Below are positions 19,082 to 28,856 of a stretch of DNA of 64,000 nucleotides, in pieces. The translations under genes and the position numbers were made by a program. The notes below the pieces were generated by a model. It worked only from the letters and a program-made list of their open reading frames with translations, ran no database searches and was not told where the DNA came from. Source of the DNA: an uncultured Thermotogae bacterium (lineage in GTDB: Bacteria; Bipolaricaulota; Bipolaricaulia; UBA7950; UBA9294); the NCBI GenBank assembly GCA_964552295.1, contig CAZKFV010000121.1, positions 2,227 to 66,226 of the forward strand, given 5' to 3'. Position 1 is the first letter of the stretch, and the number at the start of each line of letters is the position of its first letter.

Positions 19082-19110
19082 TATTGATAGATGGAAGGGA
19101 AGAAGAGCCG

Positions 19111-20397
19111 ATGGGTATAATCATCAACAATGTAGTCGCTTCAATCGGTAAACAGAGAAGTATCAAGCGCGTCAACCTACGCATAGAAAACAAGGTAATA
19201 TCGGGTGTTAGCGAAAGTGTATTACCAGCGGCCAGCGATTTTACAGTGATAGACGGAGAGGGAAAATTTGCATTTCCTGGAATGGTAAACGCCCATAGTC
19301 ACCTTCCAATGAGTCTTTTCCGCGGGTTAGCAGATGATTTGCCGCTTAGCTCTTGGCTGAAAGATCATATTTGGCCAGCCGAGAAAAAGCTCACTAAGGA
19401 AGATGTATACTGGGGTTCTCTCCTTAGCTTAGCAGAGATGATTAGATCTGGGACAACCATGATTGCTGACATGTATTTCCACACTGATTCTATAGCTAAG
19501 GCGGTCAGTGAGGCCCATATGCGAGCTTTACTTTCGTACGGAATTATAGCAGATAAGCTCAATACACACGGTAAAGGAGAGCTTTCCATAGCCCGCGCTG
19601 TGATCGACCAGTGGGAGGGGGCATCGGAAGGCTTAATTAGGGCGGCCGTAAGTCCTCATGCCATCTATACCTGCGGCAAAGATGTGTGGCAGGCAACGCT
19701 AGACCTAGCACGGGAGAAGAGTGTACCATTACACACCCACCTAGCTGAGACAAGAGAGGAACTTTCGTGGTCTGTGGATAACCTGGGTGATACGCCGGTA
19801 AAAGCCCTCAATAAGCTCGGTGTTTTCTCTGCACCAACCATTGCTGCACATTGTGTGCACGTCACTACAGAGGAGATTGAAATCCTGGCGGATCGAAAAG
19901 TGACAGTTGTTCACTGTCCCAAGAGCAACGCCAAACTGGGAAACGGAAACGCCCCCGTTGTATCATTACAAACTGCAGGTGTAAACGTGGCGCTTGGAAC
20001 AGATGGCGCTGCATCAAACAACAGTCAAGACATGATTGAGGAAATGAGAATGGCTTCCCTGTTGCAAAAGGCCTATTCAGAGGATCCAACAAGCCTTCCA
20101 GCATGGCAGGTAGCTAGGATGGCTACAACCAATGGAGCAAGGGCGCTGGGAATGGGAGCGAATGAGATCGCTATTGGGGAAGATGCGGACATAATCCTCG
20201 TCAATCTCAGTGGAGTTGATACACTACCCGTTCATGACCCGTTATCAACCCTTGTTTACGCGGGACATGGCTGCGATGTTACTGACGTTATTGTTGCAGG
20301 AGAGTTTCTGCTGCGGAACAGGGAACTTGTCACAATCGATGAGGAAAGGGTGCGTTACGAAGTAGCTAAGAGATTCAGAAAGCTATCAACAAACTGA
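19111..20397 (+). CDS. mtaD: Amidohydrolase, 5-methylthioadenosine/S-adenosylhomocysteine deaminase-like (MtaD/chlorohydrolase family)
   Basis: Contains the metal-binding HxH motif (AFPGMVNAHSHLPMS) together with HTHLAET and DGAASNN motifs. The start was moved to the ATG at 19111, which has the RBS GGAAGAAGAG (the ORF track starts at 19084). Confidence 0.7.
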   Translation: MGIIINNVVASIGKQRSIKRVNLRIENKVISGVSESVLPAASDFTVIDGEGKFAFPGMVNAHSHLPMSLFRGLADDLPLSSWLKDHIWPAEKKLTKEDVYWGSLLSLAEMIRSGTTMIADMYFHTDSIAKAVSEAHMRALLSYGIIADKLNTHGKGELSIARAVIDQWEGASEGLIRAAVSPHAIYTCGKDVWQATLDLAREKSVPLHTHLAETREELSWSVDNLGDTPVKALNKLGVFSAPTIAAHCVHVTTEEIEILADRKVTVVHCPKSNAKLGNGNAPVVSLQTAGVNVALGTDGAASNNSQDMIEEMRMASLLQKAYSEDPTSLPAWQVARMATTNGARALGMGANEIAIGEDADIILVNLSGVDTLPVHDPLSTLVYAGHGCDVTDVIVAGEFLLRNRELVTIDEERVRYEVAKRFRKLSTN

Positions 20398-20501
20398 TCC
20401 ATGCGGTTTCTGTAATCAATGTCCACCGCCATGGAGATACCATTGGCCCCTCCTGGGAGATGGGAAGACCCACTCTCGGAAGAGGGACATAAGGAGAAAC
20501 A

Positions 20502-20774
20502 ATGAGTCTAACACAAGAAAAGAAAATGGAACTTGCAAAGAAGTACGGACATAGTGATAAGGATACAGGATCAGCGGAGGTACAAATCGCCTTGCTCACC
20601 GAGAAAATAAGAGAGCTAACAGAGCACTTGAACGTCCATCGAAAGGATTTCAGCTCTCAGCGAGGTCTTAGAAAGATGGTTGGGCAACGCCGCCGGTTGA
20701 TGAAATACTTAAAGAAACATGACCTCGCAGTATACAAGGAATTGATTCAGACTTTGGGAATCAGAGGAGTATAA
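20502..20774 (+). CDS. rpsO: 30S ribosomal protein S15
   Basis: The 90-aa product has the canonical S15 sequence ([21 protein letters not shown]...RRLMKYL). Confidence 0.95.
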   Translation: MSLTQEKKMELAKKYGHSDKDTGSAEVQIALLTEKIRELTEHLNVHRKDFSSQRGLRKMVGQRRRLMKYLKKHDLAVYKELIQTLGIRGV

Positions 20775-20781
20775 TCGCCAG

Positions 20782-23325
20782 ATGCTAATTAGAGAGAGTA
20801 TGGATTTAAACGGTAAGAAAATATCCCTAGAGACTGGACAGCTCGCCAAGCAAGCGAGCGGAGCTGTACTGGCAAGCTACGGGGAGACGCGCGTACTTGT
20901 GACAGTGTGTGTGCAAGAAAGCAAAGAAGAAAAAGATTATTTTCCCCTTCGCGTTGACTACGAAGAGCGGTTCTACGCTAGCGGAAAGATTCCAGGTGGC
21001 TTCTTCAAACGCGAAGGAAGACCAAGTGACGTGGCAGTACTGGCTGCACGTATGATAGACAGACCGATCCGGCCCTTGTTTCCAAAAGGATACCGCGATG
21101 AAGTGCAAATTGTTGCCACTGTCCTATCGGCTGAGATGGACTGTTCCCCCAGCATTCTTAGCACCCTGGGAGCATCGGCAGCGCTTATGATCTCAGAAGC
21201 TCCTTTCAACGGCCCAATTGCAGCGGTGCAAGTGGGATACAAAGACGGGGTTTTCGCAATGAACCCCAACAGCCAGGTACAGGAAGAGGGCAATATGGAG
21301 ATCACCGTAGCCGGGACGAAGGATACGGTGACCATGGTAGAGGGCCTGATGGATGAGGTCTCCGAAGACGAAGTTGTAACCGCCATCAGCAAGGCACATG
21401 ATGTCATTCAGCAAATGATTGTCCTACAACAGAAATTCGTAGCTCAGTGCAATGTTGTGAAGAAAGAGATACCCATTGCTAGAGAAGATGATGCTTCTCT
21501 TCGCGACCGGGTAGCAGCGCTGGTAGACCCAGAGTTTCCAACACTGATCTCGCTTAGTACAAAAAAGCAGCGAGCAGACTTCGTAGCATCTTTGCGCGAT
21601 CACGCTATTGAGAATATTCTTGCAGGCGACCTAGAAACTGAAGATGATTCATCAATAAGGAGCAAGATCACTGGCCTATTAGACGACCTTTATCGCCAAT
21701 TCATGCGTAGCCAGATCCTGGATCGCGGAGTACGAATAGATGGTCGGCGACCAGATGAAATCCGCAAGATTACCTGTGAGGTAGGTGTGCTTCCCCGGGC
21801 ACATGGGTCAGCTTTGTTCACACGGGGTGAGACTCAGAGCCTTGGAATTACCACCCTTGGGGCGACACGTGGCGATGAGCAGATTATTGACCAAATGATG
21901 AAAGAAGGGACCAAGCGATTCATGCTCCACTACAACTTTCCCCCATACTCTGTGGGAGAAGTGGGCCGTATAGGGTCGCCTAGCCGGCGTTCCATCGGAC
22001 ATGGGTACCTTGCAGAAGGAGGCTTGCGCGCTGTTCTGCCAAGTGAAGCGGAATTCCCGTACGTGATTCGCATAGTATCCGAGATCCTGGAGTCAAACGG
22101 TTCTTCATCAATGGCATCAGTATGCAGCGGGTCCCTGTCTATGATGGATGCTGGTGTGTCGATAACCAAGCCTGTCGCTGGAATAGCTATGGGGATGATC
22201 GAAGATGAGTCGACACAGAGAAGGGTTATTCTTACCGATATAATCGGGGATGAGGACCACTACGGTGACATGGATTTCAAAGTGATCGGCACCCGTAGCG
22301 GCATCACCGGGTTCCAGCTGGATGTCAAGGTTGGGGGAATCGGTCGTGAAACGCTCCGCAAAGCTTTGGCCCAGGCCACAAGAGCCCGTCTGGAGATCCT
22401 GGACAAGATGGAGGAAACGCTAGCGTCTCCGCGAGAATCACTTTCAATCTACGCACCACGTTTGGAGACAATCAGCATATCGACAGACAAGATAGGACTA
22501 GTAATCGGCCCAGGAGGTAAGATGATCAGAAAGATCATCGAAGAAACCGGGGCACAGATAGATATCGAGGACGACGGAACAGTGAAGCTTGCCAGCGTAG
22601 ATATGGAATCTGTAGAGGCCGCTAAGCGCTGGATAGAGGACCTGACAGCAGAGATTGAGGTTGGCACCGTCATAACGACGAAAGTCACCCGTGTTGTCGA
22701 TTTTGGCGCCTTCGTAGACCTGAAAAACGGAAATGAAGGGCTAGTTCACGTTTCCAATCTTGCGCCTGGATTTGTTGATAACGTACGAGATATAGTTAAG
22801 CCGGGAGACGAGATTACGGTAGAGGTCATAGGAGAAGACAAGATGGGACGTCCCGATCTACGCCGTGTTATCGAAGGGGCAGATTGGGAAGATGGTTCAT
22901 CAAGAACACGCAGCGAGAAAAGTTCCAAGGCAAATGGCGGACGGCGCAGTCACAGAAAGAGCAATCGGACAATCAAGGTCGGGAGCATAATTGAAGGGAC
23001 GGTTGCCAACACCACTGACTACGGGGCGTTTGTGGAGCTAACGCCAGAGGTAACTGGCCTAATTCACATTTCCGCTTTATCCGACGAGTACGTCAGACGT
23101 GTATCAGACGTGGTGAAACCGGGAGACAAAGTCAAGGTTGAAGTCCTCGATGTTGACGACCGAGGCCGCTATAAGCTTCGGCGCCTTGTTTCCGACGAAG
23201 AGCACCTAAACCAGCAAAAAGAGGTTAAGCAACAGGCGCCAGACCAGGTTGAAGAACAGCAAAAGGCTGCGGTTGAACCAGAAGTCGAGGAGGAAGAGCC
23301 ACCAGTGTTTGAGGACCGTTGGTGA
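20782..23325 (+). CDS. pnp: Polyribonucleotide nucleotidyltransferase (PNPase) with two tandem S1 domains and an acidic C-terminal tail
   Basis: Contains two RNase PH domains, a KH domain (IGLVIGPGGKMIRKI) and two S1 domains (VGTVITTKVTRVVDFGAFVDL... and VGSIIEGTVANTTDYGAFVEL...). The 847-aa length exceeds the usual ~700 aa. Confidence 0.93.
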   Translation: MLIRESMDLNGKKISLETGQLAKQASGAVLASYGETRVLVTVCVQESKEEKDYFPLRVDYEERFYASGKIPGGFFKREGRPSDVAVLAARMIDRPIRPLFPKGYRDEVQIVATVLSAEMDCSPSILSTLGASAALMISEAPFNGPIAAVQVGYKDGVFAMNPNSQVQEEGNMEITVAGTKDTVTMVEGLMDEVSEDEVVTAISKAHDVIQQMIVLQQKFVAQCNVVKKEIPIAREDDASLRDRVAALVDPEFPTLISLSTKKQRADFVASLRDHAIENILAGDLETEDDSSIRSKITGLLDDLYRQFMRSQILDRGVRIDGRRPDEIRKITCEVGVLPRAHGSALFTRGETQSLGITTLGATRGDEQIIDQMMKEGTKRFMLHYNFPPYSVGEVGRIGSPSRRSIGHGYLAEGGLRAVLPSEAEFPYVIRIVSEILESNGSSSMASVCSGSLSMMDAGVSITKPVAGIAMGMIEDESTQRRVILTDIIGDEDHYGDMDFKVIGTRSGITGFQLDVKVGGIGRETLRKALAQATRARLEILDKMEETLASPRESLSIYAPRLETISISTDKIGLVIGPGGKMIRKIIEETGAQIDIEDDGTVKLASVDMESVEAAKRWIEDLTAEIEVGTVITTKVTRVVDFGAFVDLKNGNEGLVHVSNLAPGFVDNVRDIVKPGDEITVEVIGEDKMGRPDLRRVIEGADWEDGSSRTRSEKSSKANGGRRSHRKSNRTIKVGSIIEGTVANTTDYGAFVELTPEVTGLIHISALSDEYVRRVSDVVKPGDKVKVEVLDVDDRGRYKLRRLVSDEEHLNQQKEVKQQAPDQVEEQQKAAVEPEVEEEEPPVFEDRW

Positions 23326-24599
23326 AACACTCCCTTCTTTACAAAGGTCTCAATGAAACCACACTTGATAATGGAATGCGGGTCCTTGTTGAAGAGGTCC
23401 CGCATTCCCGCTCTGTCAGTGTTGGTCTATGGGCGTCGGTCGGCGGTCGTGATGATATCCTTTCCCAATTGGGTATCGCCCACCTCATTGAGCACATGCT
23501 GTTTAAGGGGACACCAACACGCAGCTCGAGCCAAATCTCCCATGAAATAGACTCAATAGGTGGCCAGATCAACGCTGGTACAGGGAGAGAATATACTTTC
23601 TACTACGCCCAAGCCCCGCTTAACGGAATTGGCCAAGTGTTAGAGATCATCTCAGATATTACTCAGCATCCGGAATTCTCAATAGACGAACTAGAACGAG
23701 AAAAATGTGTTGTGCTAGAAGAGATTCGAGCAAGACAAGATGATCCAGAACAGCAAGCACACGACTTCTTTGTTGCTGGACTCTGGCAAGACCAACATCC
23801 GCTAAACCAATGTGTACTAGGGAGATCAGACACGGTAGAGAATATTTCCCGCGATGACCTGGTAAACTTCCACTCACGCTACTACCACCCAGGAACAATA
23901 ACACTTGTAGTGTGTGGGGGAGTGGATATTGAAACGGTTGTAAAGCTAGCATCTGGCCTCTTTGAGCCAGCAAAGGCAAATCTAAGCGTTCCAAACCGCA
24001 ATGCGCCTTACCTCAAAGCAGGTTTTAGATATCACAACAAAGATACGGGGCAATCACATATCTACATCGGCTTTCCAGCACCCAGCGCCGGAAGTAACGA
24101 CCGTTTTGCTGCCGAAGTGGTAAACACAATCCTTGGAGGGGGAACCAGCTCCCACTTATTTACCCGTGTGAGAGAGCAGCTTGGCTTGGCGTACTCCGTT
24201 TCTAGTTCGGTGCTTAGCTATTCAGATACCGGCATATGGGTTACCTACGCAGGAATCGCTCCAAGAAACACTAAAAGGACTTTAGACGTTATTTTAGAAG
24301 AGCTACAGACATTGCAGCGAGGAGTATGTGAGGATGAGCTCAATCTTGCCCGGGCGAAGCTGCGCGGCAACCTAATTCTTGATCTTGAATCCAACACCAA
24401 TCGCATGGGTCGCCTGGGAAGTGCAGTAGTTGTAGGCACTGAAATAATCTCTCCAGATAAGCTGATCCAACGCATCGATGCTGTGAACCTTGACGACGTA
24501 CATAGGATCATAGACTGTTACCTCGACTCGAAAGAAATGAACGTCTCCGTGGTTGGGCCGGGTGATTCAACAATAATCCCTGACATTGAGACGCATTAA
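23319..24599 (+). CDS. M16 family zinc metallopeptidase (insulinase/pitrilysin-like)
   Basis: Has the inverted zinc motif HxxEH (GIAHLIEHMLFKGT). The start overlaps the pnp stop. Confidence 0.8.
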   Translation: MVKHSLLYKGLNETTLDNGMRVLVEEVPHSRSVSVGLWASVGGRDDILSQLGIAHLIEHMLFKGTPTRSSSQISHEIDSIGGQINAGTGREYTFYYAQAPLNGIGQVLEIISDITQHPEFSIDELEREKCVVLEEIRARQDDPEQQAHDFFVAGLWQDQHPLNQCVLGRSDTVENISRDDLVNFHSRYYHPGTITLVVCGGVDIETVVKLASGLFEPAKANLSVPNRNAPYLKAGFRYHNKDTGQSHIYIGFPAPSAGSNDRFAAEVVNTILGGGTSSHLFTRVREQLGLAYSVSSSVLSYSDTGIWVTYAGIAPRNTKRTLDVILEELQTLQRGVCEDELNLARAKLRGNLILDLESNTNRMGRLGSAVVVGTEIISPDKLIQRIDAVNLDDVHRIIDCYLDSKEMNVSVVGPGDSTIIPDIETH

Positions 24600-24623
24600 G
24601 GCTTGGGCTAGAATGGAGCCATC

Positions 24624-25118
24624 ATGACCATGCCAGAAGCGATCTACCCAGGAAGCTTTGACCCGATTACTTATGGACATATCGACATCGTACGTCGTGC
24701 CAGAAAGGTTTTCCCGAAGCTGATTATTGCCATCGTCGCCAATCCCAACAAGCAAGCCCTATTCTCAGTAGAGGAACGTGAACAGATCACCCGTGATGCC
24801 CTTGCTGAAACAAAGATCACCGCAGTGGAAGTTATCAGTTACACCGGTCTATTGATAGACTGTGCTCACAGACTGGGAACCCGAGCTGTCGTGCGTGGCC
24901 TGCGTGCAAACTCTGACTTCGATTACGAGTTTCAAATGGCCCTTACCAACCGTGACCTGGATTCAGACATTGAGACCGTCTTTTTCATGACAGCAGGAAG
25001 GTTTTCTTTCTTATCCTCCTCCATCGTTAAGGAGGTAAAACGCTATGGAGGAGATATAAGTTCATTTGTCCCCCACACGGTGGAAGAAGCCCTGAGCAAG
25101 AAGTACGAACTAAAATAG
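24624..25118 (+). CDS. coaD: Phosphopantetheine adenylyltransferase
   Basis: The N-terminus is AIYPGSFDPITYGHIDIV (the T/HxGH nucleotidyltransferase motif); the product is 164 aa. Confidence 0.9.
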   Translation: MTMPEAIYPGSFDPITYGHIDIVRRARKVFPKLIIAIVANPNKQALFSVEEREQITRDALAETKITAVEVISYTGLLIDCAHRLGTRAVVRGLRANSDFDYEFQMALTNRDLDSDIETVFFMTAGRFSFLSSSIVKEVKRYGGDISSFVPHTVEEALSKKYELK

Positions 25119-25164
25119 AAAACCGGCCATACACTGACCGGCTTTCTTGTGCCCAATACACGTA

Positions 25165-26526
25165 CTAATCGCTCGGAGGAGGCTGGATGTGCCCTGCATC
25201 CATCAGGATTTTTGTCTCTTCCTGAGCGTGATGGATCTTCGTCTCTGCTTCCCGACGCAGCTCATCCTCGGTAAGCTCACGGCGCGCAATTCCCTGTTCA
25301 ATTGCCTTCAGTCCAACTGCAACTGCCTCATTTATGAAAACATCAGTCTCCATCATCGTCGGGACAATATAATTTTCATTGATGCCCTTGTCCTCCGCTG
25401 TCTTCGCGATAGAGTACGCAGCAGCAATTGCCATCTCGTCTGTTATCGTCTTCGCAAACACATCAAGTGTCCCTCGGAAAATGCCGGGGAAGCCAATCGA
25501 ATTGTTCACTTGGTTAGCAAAATCAGACCTGCCGGTTCCTACAATTCGTACTCCAGCCTCTTTTGCCTCCCATGGCCAGATCTCCGGGGTGGGATTTGCC
25601 ATGATGAAGGCAACGGCATCTTTGTTCATTGCCATCAGCCATTCTTTCTTTATCGTCCCTGGGCCAGGCTTGGAAGCAGCTATCAGTACATCACTCCCCT
25701 CAATCGCTTTTTCCATATCTCCGGCACGCCCTTCCTGATTCGTTACCTGGGCGTAGTGCCACTTGTACGGATTGTTGCCCTTGTTCTTCTCCAGATCCTC
25801 ACGACCTGGGTGAAGAATGCCCTTGCTGTCCACCATGACAACGTTACCAGCAGGTACCCCAGCACTCAGAAGAATCCTAACAAAAGCTATATTAGCTGCA
25901 CCCGTTCCAATTACACAGTAAGTCACCTTGTTTATATCCTTTGAGACCACCTTCATTGCATTGATTACCCCGGCCAGGGTGATCGAGGCCGTGCCTTGCT
26001 GATCATCATGCCACACCGGTATGTCTAGCTCCTGGCGTAGGCGATCAAGAATGTAGAAACACTTGGGGTTGGCTAGATCTTCCAGGTTAACCCCTCCAAA
26101 TCCCGGAGCTATCCATTTTACTGCCTGTATTATTTCGTCAGGGTCCTCTGTATCCAACATAATCGGGAATGCTCCTACTCCCCCGAGAAACTTAAATAGG
26201 AGAGATTTACCCTCCATTACAGGAAGCCCTGCGTGCGGACCAATGTTCCCCAAACCTAGCACACGCGACCCGTCTGAAACAACCGCCACTGTGTTGGCCT
26301 TGTTCGTATAATCAAAAACCTTGCTCTGGTCTGCTTCAATCTCTCTACAGGGAGCGGCCACGCCGGGGGTATACCAAATTCCAAAGTCATCTACCTCTCT
26401 AACAGCACATTTCAGCGTGGTCTCAACCTTACCTCGATAGAAAGCGTGCCATGAAGGTGCCTTCTTGGCCGGTATCTCCGCTTTTTGCTTCATTTCCTCT
26501 ACGGTAAGCTTATCTTCCTCCATCAC
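25165..26526 (-). CDS. NAD(P)-dependent malic enzyme (small form)
   Basis: Has the malic enzyme NAD-binding segment (VIGTGAANIAFVRIL) and the catalytic region (YTPGVA...GLPVMEGKSLLFK). The 453-aa product is the last gene of the large operon. Confidence 0.85.
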   Translation of the reverse strand: MMEEDKLTVEEMKQKAEIPAKKAPSWHAFYRGKVETTLKCAVREVDDFGIWYTPGVAAPCREIEADQSKVFDYTNKANTVAVVSDGSRVLGLGNIGPHAGLPVMEGKSLLFKFLGGVGAFPIMLDTEDPDEIIQAVKWIAPGFGGVNLEDLANPKCFYILDRLRQELDIPVWHDDQQGTASITLAGVINAMKVVSKDINKVTYCVIGTGAANIAFVRILLSAGVPAGNVVMVDSKGILHPGREDLEKNKGNNPYKWHYAQVTNQEGRAGDMEKAIEGSDVLIAASKPGPGTIKKEWLMAMNKDAVAFIMANPTPEIWPWEAKEAGVRIVGTGRSDFANQVNNSIGFPGIFRGTLDVFAKTITDEMAIAAAYSIAKTAEDKGINENYIVPTMMETDVFINEAVAVGLKAIEQGIARRELTEDELRREAETKIHHAQEETKILMDAGHIQPPPSD

Positions 26527-27113
26527 TCCCCCTTCTCGATCTGATCGCGGATCTTCTGCATATTAATCTGTACAGCCTCGTCCACAGACTTGTACAAGCT
26601 TTCCCCATGAGCATCCATGGCTACAGCTAGAGGCCCGAATTTAGTCACTGACATGACCCACACTGCCTCTGGAATTCCTAGTTCCGAAAGCCAATGTACA
26701 TCAGTCACTTCGTCTATCGCCCGAGCCGCCAACGCACCCGCACCACCGGTGTAATGAGTGTAAACAGCTCCCGTGTTCTTCAACGCGGCTAGAGTCTTTT
26801 CCCCCATCCCACCTTTTCCAATGATCACCCGGACCGGAAAGGTTTCCAAAAAGCGATCCTCGAAGATCTCCATCCTGGCAGATGTAGTGGGACCAGCGGA
26901 GACAATCTTCCATTTGCTATCTTCCTTTTTTACTACTGGTCCACAGTGATAAAGACCTAGCCCTTCCAGAGGGAAAGGCTCTCCTTGTTCAAGCATCTTT
27001 AGGTGTGCCTCGTCACGGGCAGTGAATATCGTCCCCGTAATATAGATGACATCACCTACATGCAGATCACGTGCTTCTTCTTCTGAAATTGGAGTATTCA
27101 GCACTTTCTCCAT
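26523..27113 (-). CDS. Fumarate hydratase class I (Fe-S hydro-lyase), beta subunit
   Basis: The 196-aa product matches the tartrate/fumarate Fe-S hydrolyase beta family (IIGKGGMGEKTLAAL...YTGGAGALAA). Confidence 0.85.
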   Translation of the reverse strand: MEKVLNTPISEEEARDLHVGDVIYITGTIFTARDEAHLKMLEQGEPFPLEGLGLYHCGPVVKKEDSKWKIVSAGPTTSARMEIFEDRFLETFPVRVIIGKGGMGEKTLAALKNTGAVYTHYTGGAGALAARAIDEVTDVHWLSELGIPEAVWVMSVTKFGPLAVAMDAHGESLYKSVDEAVQINMQKIRDQIEKGE

Positions 27114-27114
27114 T

Positions 27115-27975
27115 TTAGCTCACCTCTATCTTACCGCTAGCATCAATCATTACCCTCGCCCTCCTATCAGCCCAGCATTGATAGACAATCCCTACCGGCA
27201 GCGAAGCAGGGTGACGGTGAGCGTACTCGATATGCACGTCAAGGCACGTGGTTTTGCCGCCCATTCCCATTGGCCCAATCCCGCTTTGGTTAATCAGATC
27301 ACGCAAGCTTTCTTCCAGCAGTGCTACATTATCTTCCTTGTGACGAGAACCGACCGGTCGCAATAATGACAGCTTACCAAGCTTGAGGGACAGATCCGCT
27401 CCGCCACCGATTCCAACTCCCACAATTCCTGGAGGGCACGGTTTTCCCGCACAAGCAACTACGTGGTCTACAACGAATCGCTTTATGCCCTTAATTCCCA
27501 CTCCAGGAGAAAGCATCCCCAAGCCGCCGCAGTTCTCGCTTCCCCCTCCCTTGGGGAGAAGATCAATTACACATTCATTCCCATCTACAATCTCCCAAGA
27601 GATATAAGGCACGTGGTACCCAACATTATCGCCAGGATTCTCGCCGGTAAATGGATGAACCGTATTGGGACGAAGCGGTACTTGCATTGTTGCCCTACGA
27701 ACAGCCTCCGCTATTACAGATCTCAGGGAAGAAAGACCAGGAAAGTCCGCCCCAACACGTACAATAAAGGTCTGAATACCGGTATCTTGACACATTGGAA
27801 TGGATCCGTCCCGCGCGGCATCAACGTTCTTAAGCATCGCCTCTAACTGTACCCGCGCGGCGCCTTCCTCCCTTTCCCTGGCCTCTTCTAATGCCAGGAT
27901 AACATCGTTAGGCAAAATTGTCTCAGCAATACGCACTGCATCGACTAACTGCCCTATTAGTTCCTCATCGTTCAT
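27115..27975 (-). CDS. Fumarate hydratase class I (Fe-S hydro-lyase), alpha subunit
   Basis: The 286-aa product contains SIPMCQDTGIQTF, the alpha-subunit catalytic Cys motif. It is coupled to the beta subunit. Confidence 0.85.
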   Translation of the reverse strand: MNDEELIGQLVDAVRIAETILPNDVILALEEAREREEGAARVQLEAMLKNVDAARDGSIPMCQDTGIQTFIVRVGADFPGLSSLRSVIAEAVRRATMQVPLRPNTVHPFTGENPGDNVGYHVPYISWEIVDGNECVIDLLPKGGGSENCGGLGMLSPGVGIKGIKRFVVDHVVACAGKPCPPGIVGVGIGGGADLSLKLGKLSLLRPVGSRHKEDNVALLEESLRDLINQSGIGPMGMGGKTTCLDVHIEYAHRHPASLPVGIVYQCWADRRARVMIDASGKIEVS

Positions 27976-28856
27976 CCGCCATTCCCTCCAAAGTGTTCAT
28001 TGACAAAGTTAGCGTATATTTCCAGGTAGTCGGGTTTTTCTCGGTTAACAAAGGTACCCACTATGAACTCTTCACCTGGTATAATTTCAGCGTCCTTGGG
28101 GTCAGAAAAATTTTTAATCACAGCCTTTTCTTGATAGTAGCGCATCTCATCAAGCGCGGTAGGAAGACGGTTCCTGCGGCCATAATTCGTCGGACATGGA
28201 CCAATGATCTCAACAAATGTAAAACCTCGCTTATTTATCGCTTCTTCCATCGCTCTCTGTAACCTATGTACATGCAGTGTAGTCCACCTCGCCACGTACG
28301 GAGCCCCAGACGATGCAGCTAAATAAGGAAGATTGAAAGGATGCTCGAACATTCCATATGGCGCAGTCGTCCCCTTTGCTCCCATCGGCGTCGTTGGCCC
28401 AACCTGTCCGCCCGTCATTCCATAGTTAAAGTTATTGACACATAAAACAGTAAGATCTATATTGCGGCGTGCGGCATGAATGAAGTGATTACCGCCTATA
28501 GAGAACAAATCTCCATCTCCGCTAAACACAACCACTTTTTGACCCGGCTTAGTCTTTTCCAGAGCTACGCGCAGGCCAGTAGCAAATGGTAAAGCCCTTC
28601 CATGTGTGGTGTGGTAAGAATCCGGGCGCATATAGCCAGCTAGCCGCCCAGAACAGCCGATGCCGGACACGATACTCACATCGTCCACATCGAGTCCCAG
28701 CCTATCAAATGTCGCCGCCAAACAGGACATAGATGTACCCAAGCCGCACCCAGAACACCAGATGTGAGGAAGACGCTCGCTTCGAAAGTAATGCTCAAGT
28801 GGATGACGAACATCGTTGACTATCTCGGGCTTTGGCTTAGTCACTAAACGTTTCAT
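27972..28856 (-). CDS. 2-oxoacid:ferredoxin oxidoreductase beta subunit (TPP-binding); likely 2-oxoglutarate synthase KorB from context
   Basis: Contains WCSGCG, the TPP/Fe-S region GDGD and the TPP-fold motif VVFSGDGDLFSIGGNHFIHAAR. Confidence 0.85.
   Translation of the reverse strand: MKRLVTKPKPEIVNDVRHPLEHYFRSERLPHIWCSGCGLGTSMSCLAATFDRLGLDVDDVSIVSGIGCSGRLAGYMRPDSYHTTHGRALPFATGLRVALEKTKPGQKVVVFSGDGDLFSIGGNHFIHAARRNIDLTVLCVNNFNYGMTGGQVGPTTPMGAKGTTAPYGMFEHPFNLPYLAASSGAPYVARWTTLHVHRLQRAMEEAINKRGFTFVEIIGPCPTNYGRRNRLPTALDEMRYYQEKAVIKNFSDPKDAEIIPGEEFIVGTFVNREKPDYLEIYANFVNEHFGGNGG

Noticed and set aside
25119-25164. A convergent bidirectional terminator between coaD and the malic enzyme gene (AAAACCGG...CCGGCTTT).
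   Set aside because: Only a 4-bp CCGG/CCGG stem with flanking A and T tracts can be drawn. That is too weak to call a feature, and any termination there would be inefficient.
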